This document shows positions 26,341 through 39,400 of a stretch of DNA of 64,000 bases, piece by piece. Position 1 is the stretch's first letter. Every line of letters starts with the position of its first letter. Origin of the DNA: Camelus ferus (lineage: Eukaryota); the NCBI RefSeq assembly GCF_009834535.1, contig NC_045701.1, positions 7,750,001-7,814,000 of the forward strand, read 5' to 3'. The position numbers and the translations under genes are program-made. Below the pieces are notes generated by a model. It was not told the DNA's origin, did not search any database, and saw only the letters and a program-made list of their open reading frames with translations.

Positions 26341-29332
26341 AATGTATTTTTAAATTTCCACAAATACCATGAACATTTTAGGGACATAGAAGAAGGATTA
26401 GGTTAAGATGGAGAGAAAAGAAAGGACTTTTTTTTTTAATGTCTTTTATTACCAACATGTTAAATCTGAGATAGATAACTGGTGTCGAAGATAGTTGAAC
26501 ATTTGAGTTTTGAACTCAAGAGAGAAGCCTGATCTCGTCAGAGCAGAACTGGGAATTGACAGACATATCAAGTATGTCTGTGGTGATTGAAATCAGAGAA
26601 AGGGATGATAGCAGAAATGACTGGAATGAAGAAAGAGCCGTGAACGGAGCCCCCGGAAAAGCCAGAGAGCTTCAGTAAAAGAAGTTTCATTAAAGTGGCT
26701 GATATGAAAGTCAGATTGATAAATGTTAAGGAATTGTAGAAAGTAAGGTGGAAACAGTGAAAATCTTTATTGCCAATGGATCAGCAAAACTTAGAAATAG
26801 TTCCACTTCTTTTGCAGCTGGAAATGAAGTTAACCGGTTGCTTTCCAATTTTGCTTGGATTCTGTGTTTGGACACTGAACATTTTAGAGAGATTAGAAGA
26901 AGGCGCGGGTTAAAGGTAGAGAGGGGAGAGGACACTTTTTCCTCTTAATGTTTTATTACCAACATGCTAAATTTGAGGTTCTTGATGGACGTGCCGGTAG
27001 AGATAATTAAGATGTGTGTTGTTACAGGTACATGCTACTTTTTAGTCAAACCATGGAACGTTTGATGTCAGGATTCACTGAATTTCTCATTAAGATGCAG
27101 AAATAAAGGGAATGCTCTCATTGATCTTTCCACCCTTGCCATGTTCCCTTGACTGATGTCCAGACTTCTTGTCAAAGTATAAAAAGACAGACACACAAAC
27201 ATCTATCCGGGGACGGGGTCCGGTCTGCTGAGCAAAGCTTACTTGCTGAAAGAGTCGAGGCCCAGACACACATTTGTAGGATGGGTCTTGAGGCGGCCTC
27301 AGCTAATGGGAAGGTTCAGTCAAGGGTTCACCTTGGTGTGTATGTTGTGTGTATCTTTCCTTTCAGTATATGAGCTGTTGCTAGAAAGTGATCAAGCAAG
27401 GAGCTACCAGATGTTGGTTTTTATAGTTGTGCATGCATGGTATAACCTGATTAATTTTCTAGGGACTAGTGGGCAGAAGCCTGAGTGTAAATTGCTGTTT
27501 TGAAAGTGAAGAAACCTAAAGAATCTGTGGTTAGTGCATTGAATTTCTCCTTCCCTTTTCTTGAAAATGTGCATTTCTTGGAGGGGAAAAGGAAATCTTT
27601 TCTATAGTCTCTATCCTAGGTTTTGCCTACCCCAAAATATACAGCACAGGGGAGTATGTGCATGTTAATCTTAAGAGGCACACTCTAGTAAGGCCGTGGG
27701 TCTCAGGTCTCTCCCACACACTGTGTTAATGCAGCATCTGCTCCAGCCAGGCTTTATCAACACACCCTGCCTGCATGCTTTTACTTGTAAAGCTACATCT
27801 GCTAGCATTTATTAAGGCCCTGTCAAAACCTTGCCTGTCCTCTATTGAATTGGTAACGCATTTTTGAGCATCTATTGGGTGTAATACATTATACCAATCT
27901 CTTGAGATTTAAAGATAAGTAAGATTGGTTTCTGCCTTAAGGGTATTTCCTAATCTAGTTGGGGAGATAGATATGCACAATTAGCTATAATACAGAGCAG
28001 AATATTCAGGTGGCACAGTAGTGCATAGGAGTAAGCAAAAGGGATACTTGGAAGTAAAAGAAACTCATGGTAGGAATGACCTTTAAGCTGTTCTCAGAAG
28101 ACCAGTAGAATATTAATATGGACAAAAAGGAAGCAAAGCATTACAGCATGGAGGAAATTGAAATATGAAAAGAGCTGGTTTTAGGAAACAGCTGTTATGC
28201 TCATGTAACAAGCATGGGGCTAAAGGAAGATAAATGGGAGATGAAGTTGAAAAGGTAAGTTAAAGCCTGATAGTGGAAATTGTTGACTGCTATTCCCAGA
28301 TGGTTTGATTTGATCCTGAAAGCAATGAGGAGACGCTGAAGGCTTTTTGAGCAAGATGACATGATCAGTTTCAGGAGTTACAATATATAGGATTATTTAG
28401 AGAGGAGAAAGACTTCATATTATTTCATAATATGAAAATATTAGAGGGAGCATATGGTTGGGGTGAAAAGACAACTAGTTATGTTTTCAACCCAGTGTTG
28501 GCAGCACAGTTAAGGGGATAGACTGTGGGGTCTATGGACTGAAAATGTGGTCTGCAGCTTAGGAGAGAGAAACAGATGGGAAGGTTGGGGCCCGTCTTTG
28601 GGCTGATATACCAAGAAATTGGGGCTGGCATATCTGGAACCAAGGTGGCCTTTTTTTTTTTTCCTTTACTTTACTTCCCCTTTGTTTGGGTTGGGGGCTG
28701 GGAGTTTGGTTATATACCGGGTTAATTGAACAAATTACATTGAGAATAATGGGAAAGAAGAAGGCAAGAATAAACCCTGAGGAATTGGTTTGGAATTATA
28801 AGTAAATTCATGGTACTTAATATACAGAGAGATGGAGAAATAGAGATAGGTGTGTGTATATGTACATATGCATACACATTTTTAATTCTGCTGATAGGAT
28901 CTAGGAGCAGTGACACCCTAGTAGCAATGAGCACACCTAGCACCAGCACCCAGATCTTGGTTTCTAAGTCCCATTCTTCACTGAAAGAAATTGGGGCTCC
29001 TTGGAGAAATTACTAGTTCCCATAATGGGGAAGGGAAACTATAAGATGAACCTGGAACATTGTCTTACACCAGAAAATGAGAAAGTGCTCAAAGAATGAT
29101 GGGTGCATCAAAAGAAGACAGGAGCTAGCTTGAAGGAGTTCCCAGGTCTGGTGAAATAATGGTAGTAACACATTGAAATACTTTGAGTCAAGTGGTCCAC
29201 AAGCTTATACTGATATGTGTTAATAAATGGGCAAAAGGAAATATTCTGCTCTATGGGAGAGTGTTAGTCAATAAGTCTAGAGAGAATGATGGAATTAGAA
29301 GAATCACCAATTTGCAACCATTATTATTATCA

Positions 29333-29408
29333 TGAGGTACTGGAGATTGAACCCAAGACCTCATGCATGCTAAGCACACACTCTACCACTGAGCTAGACC
29401 CTCCCCCC
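29333..29408 (-). mobile_element. Camelid tRNA-derived SINE
   Basis: gaggtactggagattgaacccaagacc...ccactgagctagaccctcccc. Confidence 0.85.
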
Positions 29409-29489
29409 AAAATTCTTATCTCTCTTTTCTATGATTGTTCACGTTCATACTTTAATCGAGAGTCTTTACCAATTATGTGTGTGGTTTGG

Positions 29490-29606
29490 TTTTTTTTGGG
29501 GGGGGGTATTTAGGTTTATTTTTTTTTAAATAGAGATGCTAGAGATTGAACCCAGGACCTCAGGCATGCTAAGCATACACTCTACCTCTGACCTATACCC
29601 TCCCCC
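29490..29606 (-). mobile_element. Camelid tRNA-derived SINE
   Basis: ggggtatttaggtttatt...gattgaacccagga...ctataccctccccc. Confidence 0.85.
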
Positions 29607-31070
29607 TTTTAATTATTTAGCTAAAAATCATGAAAGGATGCTACATATAGTGGGTGAAAATTTGATGGTAAATAGAGTATTTACATAGTCTTAAAGAATC
29701 TCACTGCAGGATAGTTATTAAGTATAACATGCTTATTAGTTTACTTAATGCTGAAGAAACCTGGCAGAAACTATTTTAACCAAGTGACTAAAGTTGATAT
29801 CACTAAATCAATGTATGTTGCTAAGTATGTACTTTTGTGGTATATCACTGCCACGTATGCATAAGTTGTAAGGAAATACCAGAGAAACCCAAAGGCGTAA
29901 TCTGTAAAGTAATTTGTCAGCAATCTTCAGAAATGTCAGGATCGTGAAAGACAGGGAAACACTGTGGGACTATTTTGCTTAAGACTAACTGAATGGGACT
30001 CATGTTCCTGGTTTGTATGGTCCAATAAAGGACATTATTGGAACACTTGGCAAAACGTGAATGGAGTTTGTGGATTACACAGTAGTACTGTATGTATGTT
30101 AGTTTCCTCACCGTGATGTGATTATGTCAGAACATGCCCTCCACTTAGGAAATAAACACTGAAGTATAAATTGGTAATGGGACATCCTGTCTCCAACTTA
30201 GTCTCAAATTGTAGGACTTGAGCACAGAAACCTTAACAAGGAGTCTTGGTGAAAAGTAGGTAGGAGCTATATTTACTGTTTCTACAACTTTTATATAAAT
30301 TTGGGATTATATCAGGATAGAAGGTTTGTAGAAAATGTGTTGAGTATTAGATATTATAATGACATCAAGGAAGATAAAGACTGAGGGAAAAAGACCATTA
30401 GATTCAACAGTCAATCAGGCAGAAAGACAAATGTCTAAGTGAAATGGCAGGGGACTTGGGGGAGGGGGAATCAGGGATCCCTGTGTTTAGGGTTCATGAA
30501 ATGAAACTTCTTACAACTCAAAACCCTCAAAACAGAACTTTTCTGCTCTAAATTTCTACTGTACTTATAATACCACAGATTTTGAATCTCAGATGTTACC
30601 TACATTATTCTCTTTCAAGTATTTTGGTGAAGTCCATAAACAGATTGTACGCTCCTCGCAGGCAATGAGTGTGTTTTTATACAGCTGTCTGTCTAGCTGA
30701 AGACCAAAAGCACAGGGCTAGGCAGCCTCCAGATGCTCCATTAGAACAGACTAAATTGTGCTGATACCTAAGAGCCTCACCGTATACCGGGATGTAGCTA
30801 AGTTGTCTCTAACTCAGTCTTAGATCCCCTACTCGCAAGGGCCAGTCTAGTGAGCCTCGCACAAGAAAGGAAATGTAAAAGCTTGCATTTATTAAAGGCC
30901 ATACCAGTCACCCGTCAAGAAAGAATGAAGTTCCATGGTTTGGGTACATTTTTATAATTCCATCTAACTCATTTAATGTTACTATGTTTCATTTACTAAC
31001 AACAAAGTTAAGTACAAGTTCAGGTTAGATTTAACAATTTGGAGGATACCATATTTGGTTTGGTTTGGTT

Positions 31071-31189
31071 TTTTTGGTTGAGGGAGGTAATTAGGTTTAC
31101 TTATTTATTTTTATAGGAGGTTTGGGGATTGAACCCAGGACTTGTGAGTGCTAAGCATGCACTCTACCACTTGAGCTATATCCTCCCCC
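31071..31189 (-). mobile_element. Camelid tRNA-derived SINE
   Basis: ggaggtaattaggttt...ggggattgaacccagga...gagctatatcctcccc. Confidence 0.85.
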
Positions 31190-34100
31190 TAAATTTATTT
31201 ATTTTTTTTTTCGTAGCTGAAACCTCTTAAAAGCATTTTATCTGGCACCCAGAACTTGTTTGTACATGATATGTAATCTGATTCTTTCTCAGGTAGGAGG
31301 GAAAAAAAAGGTTCTTGTCAAAGAGAAAGGCCCATATCCAATCACTGGCATGCTGAAAGGAAGCCTGCTCTTTCACACAGTTCTTGAGGGCTCACCAGCC
31401 GCAGGGATTTGCAAATTGGTCTGTGGACAAACTTCTGCCCAACTTAGGCTGCAGAAACTAAGCTGTAAGGCTTTTTCAGGTTTTAGCCTGTTAGGTGGGG
31501 CCCCAGAAAAGTAGGATGTTGTGTCCAGGAACAGTCTTACTGACTACATAATCCTCCACGAGACAATATTTAAATTTGCTCCTGAAGTTTTCAACTGAAA
31601 GTGAGAAATTTGTCCAGAATAGATAATCAAGTGATTACAGTCTCTTTGTTTAATTGAATGAGAAAGTTAACATTTCTATACAACTAAGAAATAGACTATA
31701 TTTTATGGAGTTTGTGGTTTATTTTTAACTAGTCATGGGTCCTGACGATATGCAAACAGCAGTTTTACTAATGTGAAAAATAAATAATGGAATACATTTT
31801 GCAAGTATAATGTCTGCCCTGTGCCCCAACAAAAGTGATGCAAACTACAGTTTCCCAAGTGCCACAATGGGCAGCTGGAAATAGTGTCTATCCAATTCCA
31901 ATATGCAGCCTCATAGAATTGCACAGTGAGTTCTTTTGAGTTCAGGAAGAGGGTGAGGGAGACTGAAATCACAGTGCATCAGGCTGGAGTGTGTCTGTTT
32001 ACATGTGCATGTTGGGAGGCTAATAAAGTGGTAGGTAGTCCCTAATTTAGTTTGGCTTTCTTTAATGCTACACTCTAGTGCCTGAAAACTTTTACTCTTA
32101 AGGAGGAAGGACTGTGTAACTTTGTAAGTGCCTAAGGCCAAAATGTCATTTTGCATATAAGGGAATGCTGAGTTTGCTGTCAGCCTAAGCCTTCCTCCTC
32201 CCAGGAGCACCTGCTAGAGTTAATTCGCATCCAGCAGCTGAGGAAGTCTTCAGACTGCTAAAACTGTCAGCTGCAACTTGGAGAGGTGTGAGAGCGTGAG
32301 TCTTAGCCAGTCCAGAACTGATGTTTGTTGGAAGGCAGGGAGGGGGAAAGCAGGAAGCAGAGGGCACTGAATTAGTCTCAGCGCCACCATTTGCTAAGGC
32401 CCTTTTGCTAAGGCTGCATCTCTCCCCTCTTTGAGCCTCTCGGCCTTTTCATTTGTAAAATCCAGAATTTTGTGCCTTCCTAGCATATTCTACTGGCTCT
32501 CCTGGCCTTCCAATAAATAATAGATACAAAGGTCCTTTTTAAACTGCAGGTCACTGTATCAGAGTGAAATACTGTCGGATCATATCCATGAGAGATGTCA
32601 CTTGTGCTAGCACTTGAAAGGAGTTTGTGAGACTGGAAGAGAAATTTCAAGCTGAGAGACAAAGTGTGATCCATGCCGCAGTGTTACAAACATGCACAGC
32701 CTGTTGGAACGGCAGGCCATCCAGGGTGCCTAAGACCTGGCCGGGCTGCCTATGGTGAAGGGACCAAAAGAAACCTAAGAAAGTGTGCTGGGGAGAACGT
32801 GTCAGTAAAAGGCCCTGGGTGCCTTCTTAGAGACAGTGGGCATTGTCTTCAGATGGGAAGTCATCAAAAGCTTTTTAACGAGGGTAGCAGTGGAGGTGGG
32901 CAAGAGGATTAAACTTCTCTAATGGGAAGTATAGCTGCAGTGTGTCAAGTAGATCGGGAGGGAGGACGGATACTTAGGGATGTCTGAGGGCAGGAAGATC
33001 AGGAGAGGCTACTTTTCAGTCTAGACCTGAGGTTACAGAGGTCAGTCTTACTAGGCAACCTGTTCACGTTGGTCCCTGCGGTACCAACTACGCCTGCCAC
33101 GTGTGTGAGAACATGGCCAAGCCAATGAAATGGCAGGTGCCGATCTTAAATCTACTGGAGTTGGACACGTCGGAAACGGGTAAGGAGTGCCACAGATCCT
33201 CGCACCAGGTAAGTCAGATGCCTCTCCTTCCCCTGGGGCCCAGACCTAAATGGGGTAAGGGTTCCTTTGCAAAAGCTGTTCTTTGGGGAATTATATCCCA
33301 GTTGTATCACTTGGAAGCAACTCTCAATGTGGGGGAAAAATTTGGTTTTCTCCCAGGATCACTCTAAAAAGGATGGTTAACTCTTTAAATGCTGCTTTTA
33401 CCCAGTTGGACTCTCCTAAGCTTTTAAAGCTTGGACTCTGGAGTCTAGGAAAGAAAACAAAAGTTAAGCAATTGAGCCCAGTGCTCAAACTGAAACCCAA
33501 GTTGCCCTCCCTCAGAGACTTAAGGATCTGGGTAAGTCATGGCATGACGTCCCTCCCAGAATGTTTTAGTGTTTGTGTGATATTTCTGTTAATGTTTAAA
33601 CATTTTAAATGGATGCTACAGCCTTGAAAGAGAAAATTGGACTTAACCAGTTAAAACTTAATTATAATATGGAGACCAGTATTGCCAGCCCATGAGGGTC
33701 TCAGGACATGCTCCCAACCCCCATTCCTTTTTAGTTTGTTATGAAGTGTGTAAGGCTTTGTGTATTTTTTTTTTTAACAATACAAGGTAGATCGTTTTAT
33801 CACATACAAAATTTATTAACAGACCAATTTGTTAAAAAGACTGACAGAAGCAATGTTAAGAATTCTGAGCAGTGATTTCTGTTTATGAAGGAAAGACACC
33901 TGCCCCTCCAGGAGAGTGGTCAGCCTTTGTGAGGACTGGCTGGTGGCTGCCTCTGGGCTGGCTCAGCGTCCTCTGACTTTGCCCTCTCCTTTTCCTCTTC
34001 GGCTGGCTGGGGTTCCCCTCTAAGTTTGTTCCAGCTACCCAAAATGCCCACAAGAATGCCACTGCCTCTGGAAGGGGAAAGGGACTGACCGTGTTAACTG

Positions 34101-37100
34101 AAGACATTTTGATGGAGACCTCCAGGAGGCTGGTGTTATTCATAGGAAACTGCAACAAGCTTGGCTATTCCCTTGCCCATGGGAGTATTGGTTTTTTGAG
34201 ACATTTTTGGCGTGTAAGCACCTCATCCATAGATAAGATATTGAAGATTTCTTCTCAGCCCACTATATTTTTGTACATTTTCAACAACAGCAACAAAAAT
34301 CTAATTACTTTTAAATAGTAGTACATAATTTTAGATATTTATTATCTCAGGAACTCTGATATTGGGCTGATAGCTATCAACTTCAGACCTCATATCAGAA
34401 CAAATTTCCTTAAAACTAGAAAAAAAATAGTGCTGAGTCTGTCAAACAATGTCATCAAATAAGGGACTGACCAGAGCTTCACGTATTTTAGCCCCAGTTG
34501 GCAGTCTTCTTCCATCCTTTGCTCTCTTAGTCACAGAACGTGGCTCAGAGTGACCTTTAGATGTTACTCAAAACTCCTCTCAAGTGACCAGGATTTGCCT
34601 TAGGCTCTGAGGGTAAAACTTAAGTAGAGGAGTTCCAAAAATATTTCCACAACTTTCACAGTGGTGGCATTAAATAAATATATACCTTCTCTGGTGACTG
34701 ATCCTCTGTATCTGTTTTTATACTGGAACGGTTTGTTTGAAAATTAGCAGTCACAAATCTCTACACTGATGCGTCCCAGGGCATAGAATCCTTTGGCATA
34801 TGTTAACGTTTCCTCTTATGATTGCACAAGGACTTCAAATTGCTGTGAGTAACCACGAATGCATTGACCAAGAGGGAATGTCTTACTTCCTTCCTCTAAG
34901 AGTTAGCTGCTCCTGAGCTCTCCTAGCATTTTGATTTCATTTCTGATACATTTGTCAAGTTGCAATTACTTCTTTACCTCCAACCAGATCTTGAAGTTGG
35001 AGTTACGGTATTTTTTCCTCTTACGCATCTGCTACACGGTCTTGCCCTAGTGTATACAGTGGATACTCAGTGTTTGTTAAACTGAATGAATTCACCCTGA
35101 TTGCTATAGTCAGAGAGATACTGGCAGTTTTTTCAAGGGTGTGAGTGATCAAAACCAACGAGGCTTCTATCTGTACTAGATAAAGGATTTTACCAATTTC
35201 ATAGAAAAATACGTGTACAACACTCAATAAACAAAATGTTCATGTAACTGATAATTAAAGAGGAAAGACAGGGGCACTGGATGTGGGGAGACCTCCTGGT
35301 AAAGATTTCTGAGTTACGAGTGTTGTGAGTCATAGTTTTTTCTTTTTTTTTTCTTTTTTCTTTTTTACCAGTCTTAGCAGTTTTTCGTAGATTCCTTCCT
35401 TTTGAGCTGTGACATAACCTGAGTATTAGAGTTGTTTTTTTTTCACCCCACCCTAGTTGCTGTAGTTGGTGAATCATGAAACCAGGGAAGGGAAAGCCCA
35501 GTGAAATCATCTGGTTTACCTCCAAATTAGGGAGTGGAGCACTGAGACTTGGGGAAGACTAACCACTCGTTTGAAAAGAAAAAAGAAAAAAAAAAAAACT
35601 GCAAATAGTGCTGATTAGAGCAGCTCACCCATCTGTTTGCCTTTTGCGTCTACCACAGTCCTGAGACCCACCCTATCAGAAAGCAATAGAGAATTCTTAT
35701 CAAGGGTCCCAGGAACACCAGATGCCAAAATGTTAAGGGGTTGAACTGAAAATCTGCTGCCCAAGCAGTGAAGTCAGATTATGAATCCTGCAGTGAGTGT
35801 TTTACTGGAGGCTTGCAGAATATGAAACTGTGTTTTAACAAGGCCTTACAAATTTAAGAGCTAGCAAAACCCTTACAGAAGATCTAAAATGTCCAGTTCC
35901 CAGATATAGAAACTAAGATGGAGATGAGAAGAGGTGGTCGATACGCCTCAGTCAGGAGGACAGATTCTCAGTCCATTTCTCTCTGTGTCACAGTTGCACA
36001 GTATCCTCCTTCACTGTGCTCTCCTCCGCTGTCATCTTCTTCCTCTTTTCCTCCTCCTTCTCGTTCTGCTCTTTTGTGTTGTTATTTGAAGAAATGGCGG
36101 AGATAATTCAGCATCTGTGTTCACCAAGCCTGACTCCCAGGCATCACATGTCCTTGGGCCACAGAGGCAAGTGGATACCACTGCAGCCTTCCCTGCAGCC
36201 TGCCCACCACACTCCTTGCTTTCCTCTTCCTCCTTTCTGCATTCTTCCAGCTGTGGAACCTTGGCTTCATCTTCTGTTCAGATTCCACTCTTGCCCTTTG
36301 AAATTTTTAGCAAGTCATAGTGTCTCTGGCTTCTCCCTTGGTAGCCGGCTTAGCTCTAGCCCAACTTCTGATGTCCTCCCATAGCATCCCTGCATCTGCT
36401 TTGTAAATCCCCATAACTAGATACCTGAGTATGTTATCATAGGTTCACAGTATTAGAAATCTAAATTCCTTTGCAACATTAGAGATACTCAACAGTTGCT
36501 TGTTATTTCTATTTTGATAATATTCTAACAGCCTCATTTTAGTTTGAAGTGATGTTTTTCAGGCACAGCTATACATTTGAATAACTTGGGAACTAAAAAC
36601 ATGCTGGAGATCCATGATCCAAAGTCTGAAATAAAACAATAACTTTATTTGGATTTATTCAGTTACAGGAGGGATACGTTCCCCAATTTGAACAAAAATT
36701 CGAATGCAGAGAAAGGCAGCCAATTGTATTTGATTAAAGTGATCTATTGATCTGCTTGTAAAGGGATCTAATTTTGTTAATCAAAGTACTTCCTTTTAGA
36801 AGTCCCACTGGATCTGTTTTAATGAGTAGATAAGACCTGTTTATGTTGAGTAACATCCATATGCCTATATACATTAATGTGCCTAAATCAGTAGCATTTG
36901 CATATTAAGGACTGAGTTTTAAAGCTAAAAGAGAATTTGAAGTTTTTTTAGTCAAAGCCCCTCATATTCCAGATAAGAAACAGAACTGGAGAGCCTGGGT
37001 GATTTGTCCAAACACACTCAGTTAGGTTAGGAGCTAGGACCAGGACCTCTCCGAGGTCTGTGATGACTAACACAGGACTCTGCAGTAGGACAGAGTCCAG

Positions 37101-38899
37101 CAAAGGCAGGACTATAGAGATGGAGAACCTGTCATGGGCCCACAGTGGTCGAGGTGCTGGAGCTGCAGAGATGAGCAGGGAACTCCCAGTCTGAGGGTGC
37201 AGCCTGACACATGAACAGTCATAGGACCCTGAGATTAAGAGGTACTATGAATAAGACAAAGGTTATATGAAAAAAGAAGTCTAATGTATCTTTCCCATAA
37301 ACCCCATGCCACAAGGTATCTTACTTACTATATGAATTTGCTTAGCCAACTATTTTTCATATGTGATAGGACCTGTGTAAGCTCTGGCCCCACCTAGGCG
37401 GTGTTATCATAGATTATGATCAGAAGAATCAAAATCAAATGACATTTTACTAAATTGAGTGTTTTCTTTGGCAGCACAGGGTGGCTATGATGTCCAACTT
37501 TCTTCTGTAGTGTTTAAGTTGTGTTTTCTTGAATTTATATGAAAAAATACCCTCAAGAAGACTGAAGTTTGCCCCAAAGCCTGGCACAGGGTGTCATTGT
37601 CTTAGTGTGTAAGAAGGAAGCCCTCTTTTCACTACTATGTACCTTTTTTCTTTTTTCAACTGTTTAACATTGTAGAAGTAATTTGTATTCATTGTTAGCA
37701 AAAATTAAATAATATAAAGTGTATAAAATAAAAGGTGAGCATTCTCCTTTACACACACCCACCTACCTCTTCTTTCCCAAAGCTAACCAATATCAGCTTG
37801 GTCTGTAACCTTCCATATATTTACATGTGTGTGTATATATCTCTATACACCTATACTATGTGTAAATATATAAACGTACACACATAAATATTAATATAAA
37901 TACTAGAATCAGATTAGTCATATTAGTCTAATTGACTTTTTTTTTTAACTCAGGAATCATAGGGCCTTCAAAAAAGTTTAAAAATAGTCAAAACAATCAA
38001 AGTCAGAACACTCAAAATGTATCTAGGAGACATTTTAATAAAGATGAAAACATTCAAAGTGTAGCTATTTTTGCATACGTTTTCATGCTCACTAAACATT
38101 TACTTTTATGAAAAATACTGTCCTATTTTGAGCAAACTCATGGATAAGAGTTATATTTTTTTATTACAGAATTAGGATTTTTCCATTGATAGCAGACACT
38201 TAGCATCTAAGTATTTGTGCATACTTTGTGCAGCACTTTGTGGAAACTGCTGCTTGAAGAAACAATAGAGGCTGGTAGAGTTGGAAATATTTATCCTCTG
38301 ACTTGCCAGACCATAAAAATGCAGTAAAATGTGCTGAAGTAAGAAGGAAGATGCTAATATGATAGCTCAGAAAGTATCCTAATATCTCAGCAAGTTAACA
38401 TAAGAGTGATCATGATGGGGTGGATATTTGTAGCCAAGTCCATTTTCATAATGTTTTCCACGTCAGTACTGTAACTTAGCATGCCAACAATGCACAGCTC
38501 TACACACACGTTCTGTTTTCTCTTCTGTTTCACACTGTATTTTTGAAAACTGTCCGTGTTGATCTACTCCAGCCTGTCGATAGTACAGATATTTCATAAT
38601 TTTAACTTAGCCTCACTGATAAGCACTTAGAGTATATCAGCTTAAAACACTGCAAGTTAAATCCTTATGTACATATTGTTGTGGTCATACATGACACCCT
38701 TTTCGGGGTATCTTTCTAGAAACAAAATCACTGAATCAAATGGCAGGGACACTTTAAATATTAACAGATACTGCTAAATTGCCTTCCCACTAATAACATA
38801 TGAGAATCCCCATTTTAGTGATTTCCAACCACGCTGAACTATCAGCCTTTAGCTTTTGCCAAGGAAGTTGAAGGATGAATAAGGGCAAGATGATGCTTA

Positions 38900-39400
38900 T
38901 AGAGGGAAATCCAATAGTAACAGGTACTGGGTGAGACAATGCCAGCACAAGGTGACAGCCAGACGCCTGTCCTCAGGAGCTCCTGCCTAGTCTCAGAGAC
39001 CAACAAATCAAAACAAAACAAAAAACAATGCAAATTGCCAACTGAGAATGCAGAGGACATAAATGCCAGGAGAAACAGATTAGAGCTGAATCTGCCTGAA
39101 GAGCTTGGGAAAGGCTTTCCTTCACAAAAAAATATTTGCTCTGAGGCTTGAAGGATGAGGAGCAGCTCACCATTGAGGAAGGTGGGACAGGGCGTTCCAG
39201 GCAGGGAAACAGCGTGGAGGAAGACATGGAGGTGTGAGTATGATCAGCGAGGGTGCAAGGTGGGCGTGAGAGATGTGGGAAATGGGCTGTCGGGTAGGTC
39301 GGACCCTACCCAGAAGGGTTTCCAGAGATGGGCAGTATAATCAGAACTATTTTCTTAGAAGAATATTCTGGATCCCTTGTAGAGAATGAATTGAGACCAG
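38900..39400 (-). mobile_element. L2 fragment
   Basis: L2-like motifs (cctgtcctcaggagctc, gagctgaatctg, ggcgttccaggcagggaaacagc). Confidence 0.55.

Larger units (their letters stand above)
28730..30305 (+). mobile_element. L1MC-type 3' region with two SINE insertions
   Basis: L1MC motifs (ctccttggagaaat, gatgaacctggaacattgtctt, gaatggagtttgtggattac). Boundaries approximate. Confidence 0.6.
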
